From an uncultured Anaerolineae bacterium (lineage in GTDB: Bacteria; Chloroflexota; Anaerolineae; Aggregatilineales; Ch27): a DNA stretch of 53,238 nt. Each line of letters opens with the position of its first letter. Positions within the stretch are counted from its first letter, which is position 1. Below the pieces are notes generated by a model, which made no database searches, was not told where the DNA came from, and saw nothing but the letters and a program-made list of their open reading frames with translations. The stretch is taken from contig CAZHMJ010000004.1 in the NCBI GenBank assembly GCA_964533805.1, positions 1 through 53,238 on the forward strand, given 5' to 3'. Made by a program: the position numbers and the translations under genes. Below are positions 27,165 to 35,575 of the stretch, in pieces.

Positions 27165-28931
27165 ATGGTCAAGACTATGCGCACATTCGCCAATCATCTC
27201 AAATACGGCGTTCTCCACCGGACCCAGGCGGGCCAGGCGATCATCCTGCTGGCTTTCGCGATGGTCGGACTGCTGGCCTTCGTCGGTCTCGTGACCGATA
27301 TTTCGCTTCTGTTCGTGCGATTCAGCCAGCTCCGCCGCGCGGTCGACGCGGCCTCTATCGCGGCGGCCGGCCAGGTCCGCGAGAATCGGGATTATGCCGA
27401 CCTCGCCCTGACCGCGCGCCAGTTCATCCGCCTGCACGGCCTGGACCCCGAACGCGTGCTGGTCCAGACCTGCGTCACCAACCCCGGCGACACTGAGTTG
27501 TGCACCAACCCGCCCCGCAAGTTAGTGCGGGTCGTGGCCCAGATCGACTCCCCGACCACCTTCCTGCGCCTGATCGGCTGGCAGATGGTCACCCTGGAAA
27601 CGTCCTCGCTCGCCGAGACGGCCTCGCTGGACGTGGCCCTGGTGCTGGACACCTCGGAATCAATGGCCAGGGATACCGTACCAGCCAGCTATCTGATGGC
27701 GGATCCCGCTTTTGCCAATCTCGATACGTTTAGGGATGAATGCGACGACGGCAACCAGGGATACTACGGGTGCTGTAACGATCCAGGCACGGGAGAGGTC
27801 AACCTGGAAGGTGATATCACACTATCGAGCTTCACGCCGGACAATCTCTACCAGGACCTGGTCTGCATGCCGTTCAAACACGTCAAGGACGCCGCCCGGC
27901 AGTTCCTGGGCCGCATGGACTTCACGCGCGGCGACCGCGTGGTCTTCGTCACGTTCGACAACCAGACGGCGCCTGTATTGCCCGTTAACCCCAGCGGCCC
28001 GGGCACCCTGGACCCGCTGATCACGGACGAGGGTCTGGCTGTCTGGACCTTGGACCGGCAGATCGGCGTGGGGATGAACCATCGGGTGCATACCGGTATC
28101 AATGGGTTCTGCTTCGCGATGTCCGACCCGGTCAAATACCCAACACTTTCGTACGCCTTTACCGCCAACTGCATGGACACCAACATGGGGGGTGGTCTTC
28201 AGGCCGCCCAGGCGATCCTGACCCATCCCAACTACATCCGCCGTTCCGCCGTGTGGGTCATCATCCTGCTGAGCGATGGCGCGGCCAACGCCACGCCGCC
28301 CGCGACACGGGCCAATGCGGAAGGCCTGCAAGAGGACGTCACTGGTGAGTATGGAGAATTTGGCTACTGCCCGTGGTACACATTCTGCGATCCGGTCAAT
28401 AACCCATTCCCAGAATGTCCTGGAGCCGGGCATTTGAGCAGCGAAGTTGGCAACCCGTTCTGCTTTGACGAGGATGCTACAACACGTCACTTCTGCATGA
28501 ACGCGGAAGGGATTATCACCCTCGACGCGCCGAATTGCAGTCCTGATTATGACGCCATGGACTACGCCATGGACCAGGCGGACCTCGCCGGCCTGGACGA
28601 AGTCCTGCCCAACGTCTCAGGCAACTTCATCGCCATGTATTCGATTGGGTTCGGAGACCAGGTTTCCGCGGCGGCCGAAGCCACACTTCGCTACGTGGCC
28701 GATGCCGGCGACAACGGCCAGATCGACAACAACTGGCAGCAGGACTGCCGGGACGACGCGGTGTGCGGGAATAACTCGGTCTCTTTCACCGATCTGGGTG
28801 AACCGGACGTCTGCGAAGGCGTAGCCGACCGTACCGACTGCGGCCAGTACTGGTACGCCAGTGACCTGGACAAGCTGGAACGTGTGTTCGCGGAAATCGC
28901 CAGCCGCCTGTTCACGAGGCTGTCGCGGTAA
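27165..28931 (+). CDS. TadG-like protein with von Willebrand factor A domain
   Basis: TadE/G-like N-terminal helix GQAIILLAFAMVGLLAFVGLVTDISLL...AASIAAAG. vWA MIDAS motif LVLDTSESM. The start could also be ATG 27177. Confidence 0.75.
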   Translation: MVKTMRTFANHLKYGVLHRTQAGQAIILLAFAMVGLLAFVGLVTDISLLFVRFSQLRRAVDAASIAAAGQVRENRDYADLALTARQFIRLHGLDPERVLVQTCVTNPGDTELCTNPPRKLVRVVAQIDSPTTFLRLIGWQMVTLETSSLAETASLDVALVLDTSESMARDTVPASYLMADPAFANLDTFRDECDDGNQGYYGCCNDPGTGEVNLEGDITLSSFTPDNLYQDLVCMPFKHVKDAARQFLGRMDFTRGDRVVFVTFDNQTAPVLPVNPSGPGTLDPLITDEGLAVWTLDRQIGVGMNHRVHTGINGFCFAMSDPVKYPTLSYAFTANCMDTNMGGGLQAAQAILTHPNYIRRSAVWVIILLSDGAANATPPATRANAEGLQEDVTGEYGEFGYCPWYTFCDPVNNPFPECPGAGHLSSEVGNPFCFDEDATTRHFCMNAEGIITLDAPNCSPDYDAMDYAMDQADLAGLDEVLPNVSGNFIAMYSIGFGDQVSAAAEATLRYVADAGDNGQIDNNWQQDCRDDAVCGNNSVSFTDLGEPDVCEGVADRTDCGQYWYASDLDKLERVFAEIASRLFTRLSR

Positions 28932-28979
28932 GTGTTCGTCAACGCAGGTTGACTATCGACTCTTGGAGAGGGCAAACCT

Positions 28980-31763
28980 ATGGACGCAACGCTGGAACTT
29001 CCTCCCAGCCCCTCATCAACCAGGCGCCACCGGGGACAGGCGCTGGCAGAATTCGCGCTCACGCTGCCAATTCTGCTGTTACTGCTGTTCGGGATCATCG
29101 AGTTCGCCCGGATTTTCCAGGCCTGGGTGACCCTGCAGAACGCGGCCCGCACCGCCGCCCGGTATGCCACGACCGGACAGGTGGAAAGCGCCGAGTTGGA
29201 AGCTATCGCCGACACCTTCGCCATCAGCGTCGGTGACGCTGCTGCTGCGGCGGCGGACGGCACTCGCAACCAGCTCTGCCTGAACGGCGACTACCGCGGG
29301 ACGCATGCGGCTTACGGACCTTATACGCCGGGCAGCTATCAGGACTACGAGTCCGTCTTCGCCAATCACTGGGATGGCCTCGACTGCGAGCCGGGTAGTG
29401 AAGACCACAAAGGCCTGATCAACGACCTGGGGCGTATCGGATCGATCCGCAACCAGGCGCGCATCGGCGCGGCCGGTCTGGACATCCGGATGTGGGATGA
29501 ACAGGCCTACGCCATCGAAGCCGATCCCACCACCGGTGACTTCGTGCGCTGGGCCAACAGCGAAGTACCCGGCTGGTTCCATGTCTTCATCTGTTCGGGC
29601 CGCCCCACCCTGCGCGAGGGTGACGATCCGCCTAACTCGATTGCGCTGCGCTACGCCATGAATCGCGAGGCCCTGACCTGTGCGGTCCAGGAATCCCGCG
29701 GCAGTGACACGAGCGACGACCCGCAGACCGTCAATAACTACGGGAATCTCCAGTGGGACGCCGGTGGTCCGGGTGACCCGGTTGAGATCATCATCACCTT
29801 CAACCACCCGCTGATCACCCCCCTGGCGCTGCCGACCTACGTCCAGCTCCAGGCCCGGCGCGTGATGGTCAACGAGGCTTTCCGTTCCTCGCGCGTGGTC
29901 AATCTGCCGCCGGTCAACTCCGGCCCAACCGACACACCGACGCACACGTTTACACCATCTGAGGTGCCTCCGGCGACGGAAACCCACACGCCGACCTTCA
30001 CGCCCACCCACACCGAGACCCCGACGGCGACCGGAACGGCGACCGCCACCCCAACACCGGATTGCACGATGCTCTCGATCGTTAGCACCGGCTTCAGCGG
30101 GGCGTACTACCAGGTCAGCATCCGCAACGAGAACCTCGGCTCACTCAACCTGGAAGGCGTGCGGCTTGAATGGACCAAGCACGCGCTCTTCCCGAACATG
30201 TACGCCGACTGGATGCAGTGGAACGGCCAGACTCACTGGGATGGCTCCGACACCACACCGCCCACCATCACCGGCGCGGCGCCTGGCCCCGGCACCGACC
30301 TGACCTGGAACAACAATGCCAACGTGCTCCTGGCAGGCAACAGCACCGCCACCTGGCAGGTGCGCTTCGCCAACGGCCCGTATGACCTGTCGGCCTACTA
30401 CAACCGGCCGGACTTCAACGGCTCCACCTGGTACTTCAGCAATGGGTGCGTGCTCCAAATCGATGAGGCGCCTCCGACAGCACCCGTTGGGCCGCCCACC
30501 AGCACGCCCACCCCGGTCTGCGGCACCTACAACCTGCGCTTCGAGGCCTTCTGGCCGCACGGCGTGGTCCAGTTCAGCATCACTAACCCGGGTGGCACGC
30601 CAATCCAGATCACGGGCATCGACATGCACTGGGTGTACTACTACAGCGGGATGAACCTCGACTTCATCTCCATCGGAGGCAACAACGCCTTCGACCCGGC
30701 CACGGTCACCGTCTGGAATGGCAATGACCTGGGGACGACCGTCGGTGGGGCGACCACCACGGCCACCGGCACGCTGGGTAGCGAGCCTACCTGGCTGATC
30801 AACGCCACAGTCAATGTCGGCGACACCGTGTACATGTGGCTGGACTACGACGGGACGTCCGAGTCGCTGGACACGGGCTATGGCGCTCACGACTACGACT
30901 TCAATGGCACACGGATAGCCTTCGACAACGGCTGCATCATCACGCCGCCCACCATCAATACGCCCATTCCGCCCCAGTGCGGTGACACCATCGTTCAGGC
31001 CGATCGCGGCGAGCAGTGCGACGACGGCAATACCGTCCAGAACGATAGCTGCGACAACAACTGCAAGTACACCTGCGGCAACAATGTAATCCTGGCGCCG
31101 GAGACCTGCGACGACGGTAACCGGACCAGCGGCGACGGCTGCAACAGTTCCTGCCGGACCGAGTACTGCGGCGATGGCACCCGACAGTCGGCCCTCGGCG
31201 AGCAGTGCGACGACGGCAATACCAACAATACCGACAGTTGCAGCAACAGTTGTACGCTCACCTGCGGCAATGGCACCGTCGCCGGGTCCGAGCAGTGCGA
31301 CGACGGCAACCGCAACAATGGCGACGGCTGCAACAGCTCTTGCCAGTGGGAATACTGCGGTGACTGGACCATCAACAAGGACCACAACACCGGCGTTGTG
31401 GACCAGTGCGACGACGGCAACACCAACAATGGCGATGGCTGCTCAAGCACCTGCCGTACCGAAGCGCCGGTCTGCGGAAATGGCCGGGTGGAATCGGGCG
31501 AGCAATGCGATCCGCCCAACAGCGCGAACCACTGCTCCAGCACCTGCCGATGGCTGCCGTACTGTGGTGATGGTACGGTCAACCAGGCCAGCGAGCAGTG
31601 CGAGCCGCCCAACACCTCGACCTGCAATGCGTCCTGCCAGACCATCGCGGCCGCGCCGGTCTGCGGCAACGGGGTGGTGGAAACCGGCGAACAGTGCGAG
31701 CCGCCCAACACCTCCGTCTGCGGCGCCGACTGCAAGTACAGCGTCTGCATGGACTGCGGTTAG
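28980..31763 (+). CDS. 927-aa TadE-like N-terminus fused to a large extracellular region ending in 8 Cys-rich repeats
   Basis: RGQALAEFALTLPILLLLLFGIIEFARIF.....AARYATTG is the TadE helix. There is a Thr/Pro linker at about aa 310-350. The C-terminus has 8 units of CG(D/N)G.....EQCD(D/P)(G/P)N......C...C (myxococcal Cys-rich repeat/DUF4215 type). Confidence 0.75.
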   Translation: MDATLELPPSPSSTRRHRGQALAEFALTLPILLLLLFGIIEFARIFQAWVTLQNAARTAARYATTGQVESAELEAIADTFAISVGDAAAAAADGTRNQLCLNGDYRGTHAAYGPYTPGSYQDYESVFANHWDGLDCEPGSEDHKGLINDLGRIGSIRNQARIGAAGLDIRMWDEQAYAIEADPTTGDFVRWANSEVPGWFHVFICSGRPTLREGDDPPNSIALRYAMNREALTCAVQESRGSDTSDDPQTVNNYGNLQWDAGGPGDPVEIIITFNHPLITPLALPTYVQLQARRVMVNEAFRSSRVVNLPPVNSGPTDTPTHTFTPSEVPPATETHTPTFTPTHTETPTATGTATATPTPDCTMLSIVSTGFSGAYYQVSIRNENLGSLNLEGVRLEWTKHALFPNMYADWMQWNGQTHWDGSDTTPPTITGAAPGPGTDLTWNNNANVLLAGNSTATWQVRFANGPYDLSAYYNRPDFNGSTWYFSNGCVLQIDEAPPTAPVGPPTSTPTPVCGTYNLRFEAFWPHGVVQFSITNPGGTPIQITGIDMHWVYYYSGMNLDFISIGGNNAFDPATVTVWNGNDLGTTVGGATTTATGTLGSEPTWLINATVNVGDTVYMWLDYDGTSESLDTGYGAHDYDFNGTRIAFDNGCIITPPTINTPIPPQCGDTIVQADRGEQCDDGNTVQNDSCDNNCKYTCGNNVILAPETCDDGNRTSGDGCNSSCRTEYCGDGTRQSALGEQCDDGNTNNTDSCSNSCTLTCGNGTVAGSEQCDDGNRNNGDGCNSSCQWEYCGDWTINKDHNTGVVDQCDDGNTNNGDGCSSTCRTEAPVCGNGRVESGEQCDPPNSANHCSSTCRWLPYCGDGTVNQASEQCEPPNTSTCNASCQTIAAAPVCGNGVVETGEQCEPPNTSVCGADCKYSVCMDCG
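30977..31760 (+). repeat. eight tandem ~93-100-nt Cys-rich coding repeats with exact shared 20-mers
   Basis: gagcagtgcgacgacggcaa occurs identically at 31011, 31200 and 31290. The protein units were listed by eye. Confidence 0.8.
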
Positions 31764-31790
31764 TCCAGCATAGCTGACCCAAAGAACAAG

Positions 31791-31830
31791 AGCGCCCCCG
31801 GAGCCTGAGGTTCCGGGGGCGCTTCGTTTC
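31791..31830. terminator. bidirectional intrinsic terminator between convergent genes
   Basis: AGCGCCCCCGGA-N9-TCCGGGGGCGCT (12 bp). An A-rich run lies upstream and TCGTTTCC downstream. Confidence 0.7.
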
Positions 31831-31852
31831 CTGTCGAGAGATAGGGCTACCG

Positions 31853-32596
31853 TTACAACTCGCCGATTTGGCGGAGTTTGGTCCGGACCTCTACCCGCGA
31901 TTCACGCATGGCCTCTTCCAGATAGGGCAGCGCCAACCAGCCGTTCATCAACCCGAAGAATGCGCCGGTGACCGTCCGGAACAACGGGGTCGATTCACGC
32001 ACCGGCCACAGGCTGATCGGCGGCGCGCTGAGGAGCTGGCTCACCCCATCCAGCGCGATCGGCCCCAGGCCTAGGAAGGCATACAACAGCAAGGGAACTG
32101 GCCGCAGCCTGCGCCGCGCAAACGCGAAAAATATGGAGAAGCCCAGCAGTGCGCCGTAGGTCGCAACATCACGCTCGCACAGGGCGACCTTGTAGCCCAT
32201 CATCTCATTGCCGACGAAAGTACGGGAAAGTTCGATCAGTTCGACCGACCACTGAGACAGGTCAGGCACACCGGCAAAATAGGGGTCCAGGCTGGCATAC
32301 GACTCGTAGGATGCCAATCCACTCACCCCGGCGACGGCCCGGGGATACGCCGCCTGCTCCCCAAACAGGAACCAGGATCGGAACGCGAACTGGTGGCACA
32401 GCGGTGTATACATGGCGTAGATCACGCGCGCCGGGCCTTCCATGCCGAGGTGCATCAACGTGGGCGCAAGGAAGGGCAGCCCCACAAACAGCGTGAAGAA
32501 TCCGATCACCAGCCACAACCAGGTCTTGCTCAACCACAACACGGACCGCTGGGCGCGGATCGCGCGGCGGCGGGTTGTCTCATCTTTTACAGACAC
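31853..32596 (-). CDS. DUF2085 family membrane protein
   Basis: PLCHQFAFRSWFLFG ... ALCERDVATYGALL motifs and multiple TM helices. Confidence 0.7.
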   Translation of the reverse strand: MSVKDETTRRRAIRAQRSVLWLSKTWLWLVIGFFTLFVGLPFLAPTLMHLGMEGPARVIYAMYTPLCHQFAFRSWFLFGEQAAYPRAVAGVSGLASYESYASLDPYFAGVPDLSQWSVELIELSRTFVGNEMMGYKVALCERDVATYGALLGFSIFFAFARRRLRPVPLLLYAFLGLGPIALDGVSQLLSAPPISLWPVRESTPLFRTVTGAFFGLMNGWLALPYLEEAMRESRVEVRTKLRQIGEL

Positions 32597-32718
32597 GTTC
32601 CCTTCCTTTTCCGGTCTACCAGTTCATCTCATGCCTTTGGAAAACCTACGCTCAACCCGATCAGATCGAACGCGCTTCGGTCACGCTGCCAAGGGCGGCG
32701 GCCTCCAGTAATGCACGG

Positions 32719-33855
32719 CTACCCCACAAAGCCCAATGCCGCAGCCTCGCTTTCAGGTGTCAAAGGCGCGGATGCCTCGCCCTGCCCCACTGGAGCATAG
32801 TTCAGTCCTTCGTCCATGCAGGCCCCGAACTCACCCAACCCGATCCGGCCGCTGGCCAGCTCCGTCGTGCAATGTTCGAGGTTGAAAGAGAAGTCACCGG
32901 CCGAGCCAAGCTGGCTAAACTGCTGAAGCTGGCCGGTCAGCACCAGCAAGCCAATCACGATCAGGAACAGGCCGCTCACCAATTCGATCGTCTTCATGTG
33001 GCGCTGTAAGCGGCGCAGCAGTCCCTGCATCCGGTCAAGCGCGACCGCAGTCAGCAGGAAGGGCACGCCCAATCCCAGCGAATAGGCGGTCAGCAGCAGC
33101 CCGGCCTGGCTCAACGAACCGCCATTGGCAGCCAGAGTCAGCACCGCGCCATACACCGGGCCGATGCAAGGGGTCCACCCGGCGGAAAAGACGATGCCCA
33201 TCAGGGCCGACCCGGCATAGCCAGCCTCGCTGCGCGCCTGCATCTGGCGGCGTGTATCGGCATACAGCAGCGTTTGCAGGCGAGCCAGCGTCTTCATCCA
33301 GAAATCGCCCGGCCGGGTCAGCGCCCCACCCCAAAGGAGCCAGACCGCGTACAGCCCCACCCCGATCACGATCGGGATCAGCGTCACCAGCGACCAGGCC
33401 AGTACCGCGCCAATAAGCACCTCGACAGCCAGCGTGATCACATAGCCTGAGCCGCCGTTCATCTGGCCAGTCTTGCCCATCACCCAGGCGATGAAGCGCG
33501 GCAGAATCCCCATCACGTGTAGCCCAAAGAGGATGATCACAAGACCACCCAGGCGGGCCAGAATTTCCTGCACATCCACAATCGAGCCGCGCAGGGCCAG
33601 TGACCCGGCCGTGGTCAGCAGGCCAAAGGTCACGAAAACAAATGTGAAACCCAGTACGAAAAAAAGACCATGAATCAGCGTGTTGAAACGGTTCTGGCGC
33701 ACAGCGGCAGCCCCGCCGCCGGCCATCGCCGCGACCTGGGTTGTCACCTGGCCGCCCAGATAGCCCACGTAAGCCGGCACCAACGGCAGCACGCAGGGCG
33801 AGACGAACGACACCAGCCCGGCGATAAAGGCGATTCCGATCGTGATATCAGCCAT
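32719..33855 (-). CDS. ccdA: CcdA/DsbD-family transmembrane thiol-disulfide electron transporter (extended form)
   Basis: FVSPCVLPLVPAYVGYLGG and GWTPCIGPVYGAVL, the two conserved Cys-containing helices. About 140 aa longer than typical CcdA. Confidence 0.85.
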   Translation of the reverse strand: MADITIGIAFIAGLVSFVSPCVLPLVPAYVGYLGGQVTTQVAAMAGGGAAAVRQNRFNTLIHGLFFVLGFTFVFVTFGLLTTAGSLALRGSIVDVQEILARLGGLVIILFGLHVMGILPRFIAWVMGKTGQMNGGSGYVITLAVEVLIGAVLAWSLVTLIPIVIGVGLYAVWLLWGGALTRPGDFWMKTLARLQTLLYADTRRQMQARSEAGYAGSALMGIVFSAGWTPCIGPVYGAVLTLAANGGSLSQAGLLLTAYSLGLGVPFLLTAVALDRMQGLLRRLQRHMKTIELVSGLFLIVIGLLVLTGQLQQFSQLGSAGDFSFNLEHCTTELASGRIGLGEFGACMDEGLNYAPVGQGEASAPLTPESEAAALGFVG

Positions 33856-33961
33856 GTTCGCACTCCCCTAACCGCCGGAGGAATTCCGGCTGCGCGCTCA
33901 ATTCTTAGACGCGCCGCCTGCTCACAGCGTTACTTGAGTATTTGACGAGATTCCAGGCGAT

Positions 33962-34810
33962 CTACACCACTTCCAGCCACCCGCCCGCCGGCAGCCAGCC
34001 ATACAGCCAGCGCGCCAGCGCGGAGGGGACCTCCCAGCCCGCGCCCGCACCCATCCGGCCAAACCGGTTGTGCCAGTGTACACCATAGACCAGCGCCGGA
34101 CCGGCGCGTAGCACCCATGCCGCACCAGGAAGCAGCGCCGCACTGGAAAGCGCGCGGCATTCCAGGCGGAAGCGGCCTGGTTCCGCTCCGGCAGGCACCG
34201 AAACAGGCAGGCGCAGCATCTCATCCCCATCCTCAAGCACGAGAATGGTTCCGGTCGTCCGGTCGAGCCGCAGGCCGCGCCGGACCGGGTGAATGTCGGG
34301 CGCAGCAGGTGGAATCACCGCCAGCCAGCGATCGGCAGGAGTCCAACCCAGCAACTCACTCTGCAAATCGGGCGCGACCGCCAGCCAGTCCCCCTCGCCT
34401 GCCAGACAATCGCGCACGAGCATCACCCCGCCGTATCCCACACGTTCCACCAGCGGCGCGTCGGCCGCGGCCCATGCCCGCAAGGGAGCTATTGGCGCAC
34501 AAACGCACGCCCAACCGGGGCCAGTCAGCGACGCGACTCCGACCAGCGGCAGCATCGGCTGGGCGTCCTCGCGGTGCAGATACCCCTCACGGGTTGCGTA
34601 CCAATCCTCGGCGACATCCTGTAACGCCACCACGCTGTCCGGCCACAACCGGCCCACAACCTCGGCGTTGGCAGCAGGCCGTTGGTAGATTTCGGCGGCG
34701 GTCAGCGCGCGCGCCCAAACCGGCGCATCGGGGAATTCCGGTTCAATTGGGAAAGCCGAAGCCAGCGTAGCCGCGCCACACCAGCCCAGAAAAGTTCGCC
34801 GTGAAATCAC
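33962..34810 (-). CDS. Tat-signal secreted protein, SH3b-like N-terminal part and a degenerate L,D-transpeptidase-like C-terminus
   Basis: MISRRTFLGWCGAATLASA is a twin-arginine signal. The tail YGVHWHN.FGRMGAGAGWEVP..LARWLY only loosely recalls YkuD and has no Cys at the catalytic position. Confidence 0.45.
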   Translation of the reverse strand: MISRRTFLGWCGAATLASAFPIEPEFPDAPVWARALTAAEIYQRPAANAEVVGRLWPDSVVALQDVAEDWYATREGYLHREDAQPMLPLVGVASLTGPGWACVCAPIAPLRAWAAADAPLVERVGYGGVMLVRDCLAGEGDWLAVAPDLQSELLGWTPADRWLAVIPPAAPDIHPVRRGLRLDRTTGTILVLEDGDEMLRLPVSVPAGAEPGRFRLECRALSSAALLPGAAWVLRAGPALVYGVHWHNRFGRMGAGAGWEVPSALARWLYGWLPAGGWLEVV

Positions 34811-34848
34811 GTCTGAAACTGACCCTCATTCAGCCGGACCTGCCCGGC

Positions 34849-34875
34849 ACAAAAACCGGGGGATTGCCCCCGGTT
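34849..34875 (-). terminator. intrinsic terminator ending the rhodanese-to-thioredoxin operon
   Basis: Minus strand: AACCGGGGG-caau-CCCCCGGUU followed by UUUGU. Confidence 0.7.
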
Positions 34876-34903
34876 CGATCTCCTGGTTAATTGTACTGGC
34901 CGC

Positions 34904-35497
34904 TCAACCTCCGGCAAGCAGCCGGTCGAGCGCCGCCTGGAGCTGTTCCTCAGTCTGGAAACCGACCAGGCGCTCCACCAGGGTGCCGTCTGAATCCAGC
35001 AGCACGATCAAAGGAATGGCCGACACCTGATAGCGATAAGCCAGATCGCGCGTCGAAAGGAGATCGGCATTGAGAATGTGAAACGTGACCCGGTCTGCAT
35101 ACGCTTCTTCCAGCCGTCGCACGGACGGACGCATTGCGTTGCAGGTACTTCACCACCGAGCCTGGAACTCCACGAAATGCGGCCGGCCGTTGAGCTCGAT
35201 GGCGTACGGTGTGGCCGAAAGATCCTGGGTCGGGATGAGACCGGCGATGGCGGTCAACGTAGCCAGCGGCCCGGTCATCGTCGGGGCCTCGGTCGGCAGG
35301 ATAAACAGGCTGGGTGGCGGCGTGGCCGTCGCGCTTCCGGGCACCGGTGTGGGCAGCGCGGCGATCTGCCCCCCCAACGGCGCGTCCTGCGCCGGAAGGG
35401 AGCCGACCACCGTCCTGAGGCTATCCACCAGCAGGGTACAGGCTCCCGTCGCCAGGGCAAGTAACGTCAGAGCCAGCAGCAACAGCGCACGTTTCAT
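34904..35497 (-). CDS. exported thioredoxin-fold thiol-disulfide oxidoreductase with an in-frame TGA at the first Cys of the CXXC motif (selenocysteine candidate, or pseudogene)
   Basis: Track ORFs 35150..35497 and 34904..35134 share one frame. The joined read is ...RPHFVEFQARW-TGA(35152..35150)-STCNAMRPSVRRLEE.... Signal peptide MKRALLLLALTLLALATGAC. The cis-Pro region YQVSAIPLIVLL lies downstream. Confidence 0.6.
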
Positions 35498-35575
35498 CCA
35501 CAGCCCCTTTCTCGATCGGGTGTCACGGGATCATTGTACCGGGAAGAGTCGAACACGACGAATGGCACATCTCAG

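Noticed and set aside
30995-31750. Antisense 251-aa ORF with a striking periodic motif (LGGSHCS..., PSSHCS...).
   Set aside because: It is the reverse-complement shadow of the eight Cys-rich coding repeats on the plus strand. The periodicity is inherited and is not evidence of a second gene.
32667-32679. CGAACGCGCTTCG, a possible additional LexA-type box.
   Set aside because: After GAAC-N4 the sequence is TTCG rather than GTTC, so it is not a palindromic GAAC-N4-GTTC site. It also lies in the DUF2085/ccdA intergenic spacer with no associated promoter.
34856-34885. The GGTTCGATCTCC string looks like a tRNA T-arm.
   Set aside because: It is the 3' flank of the terminator hairpin CCGGGGG/CCCCCGG. 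No acceptor, D or anticodon arms can be drawn around it.
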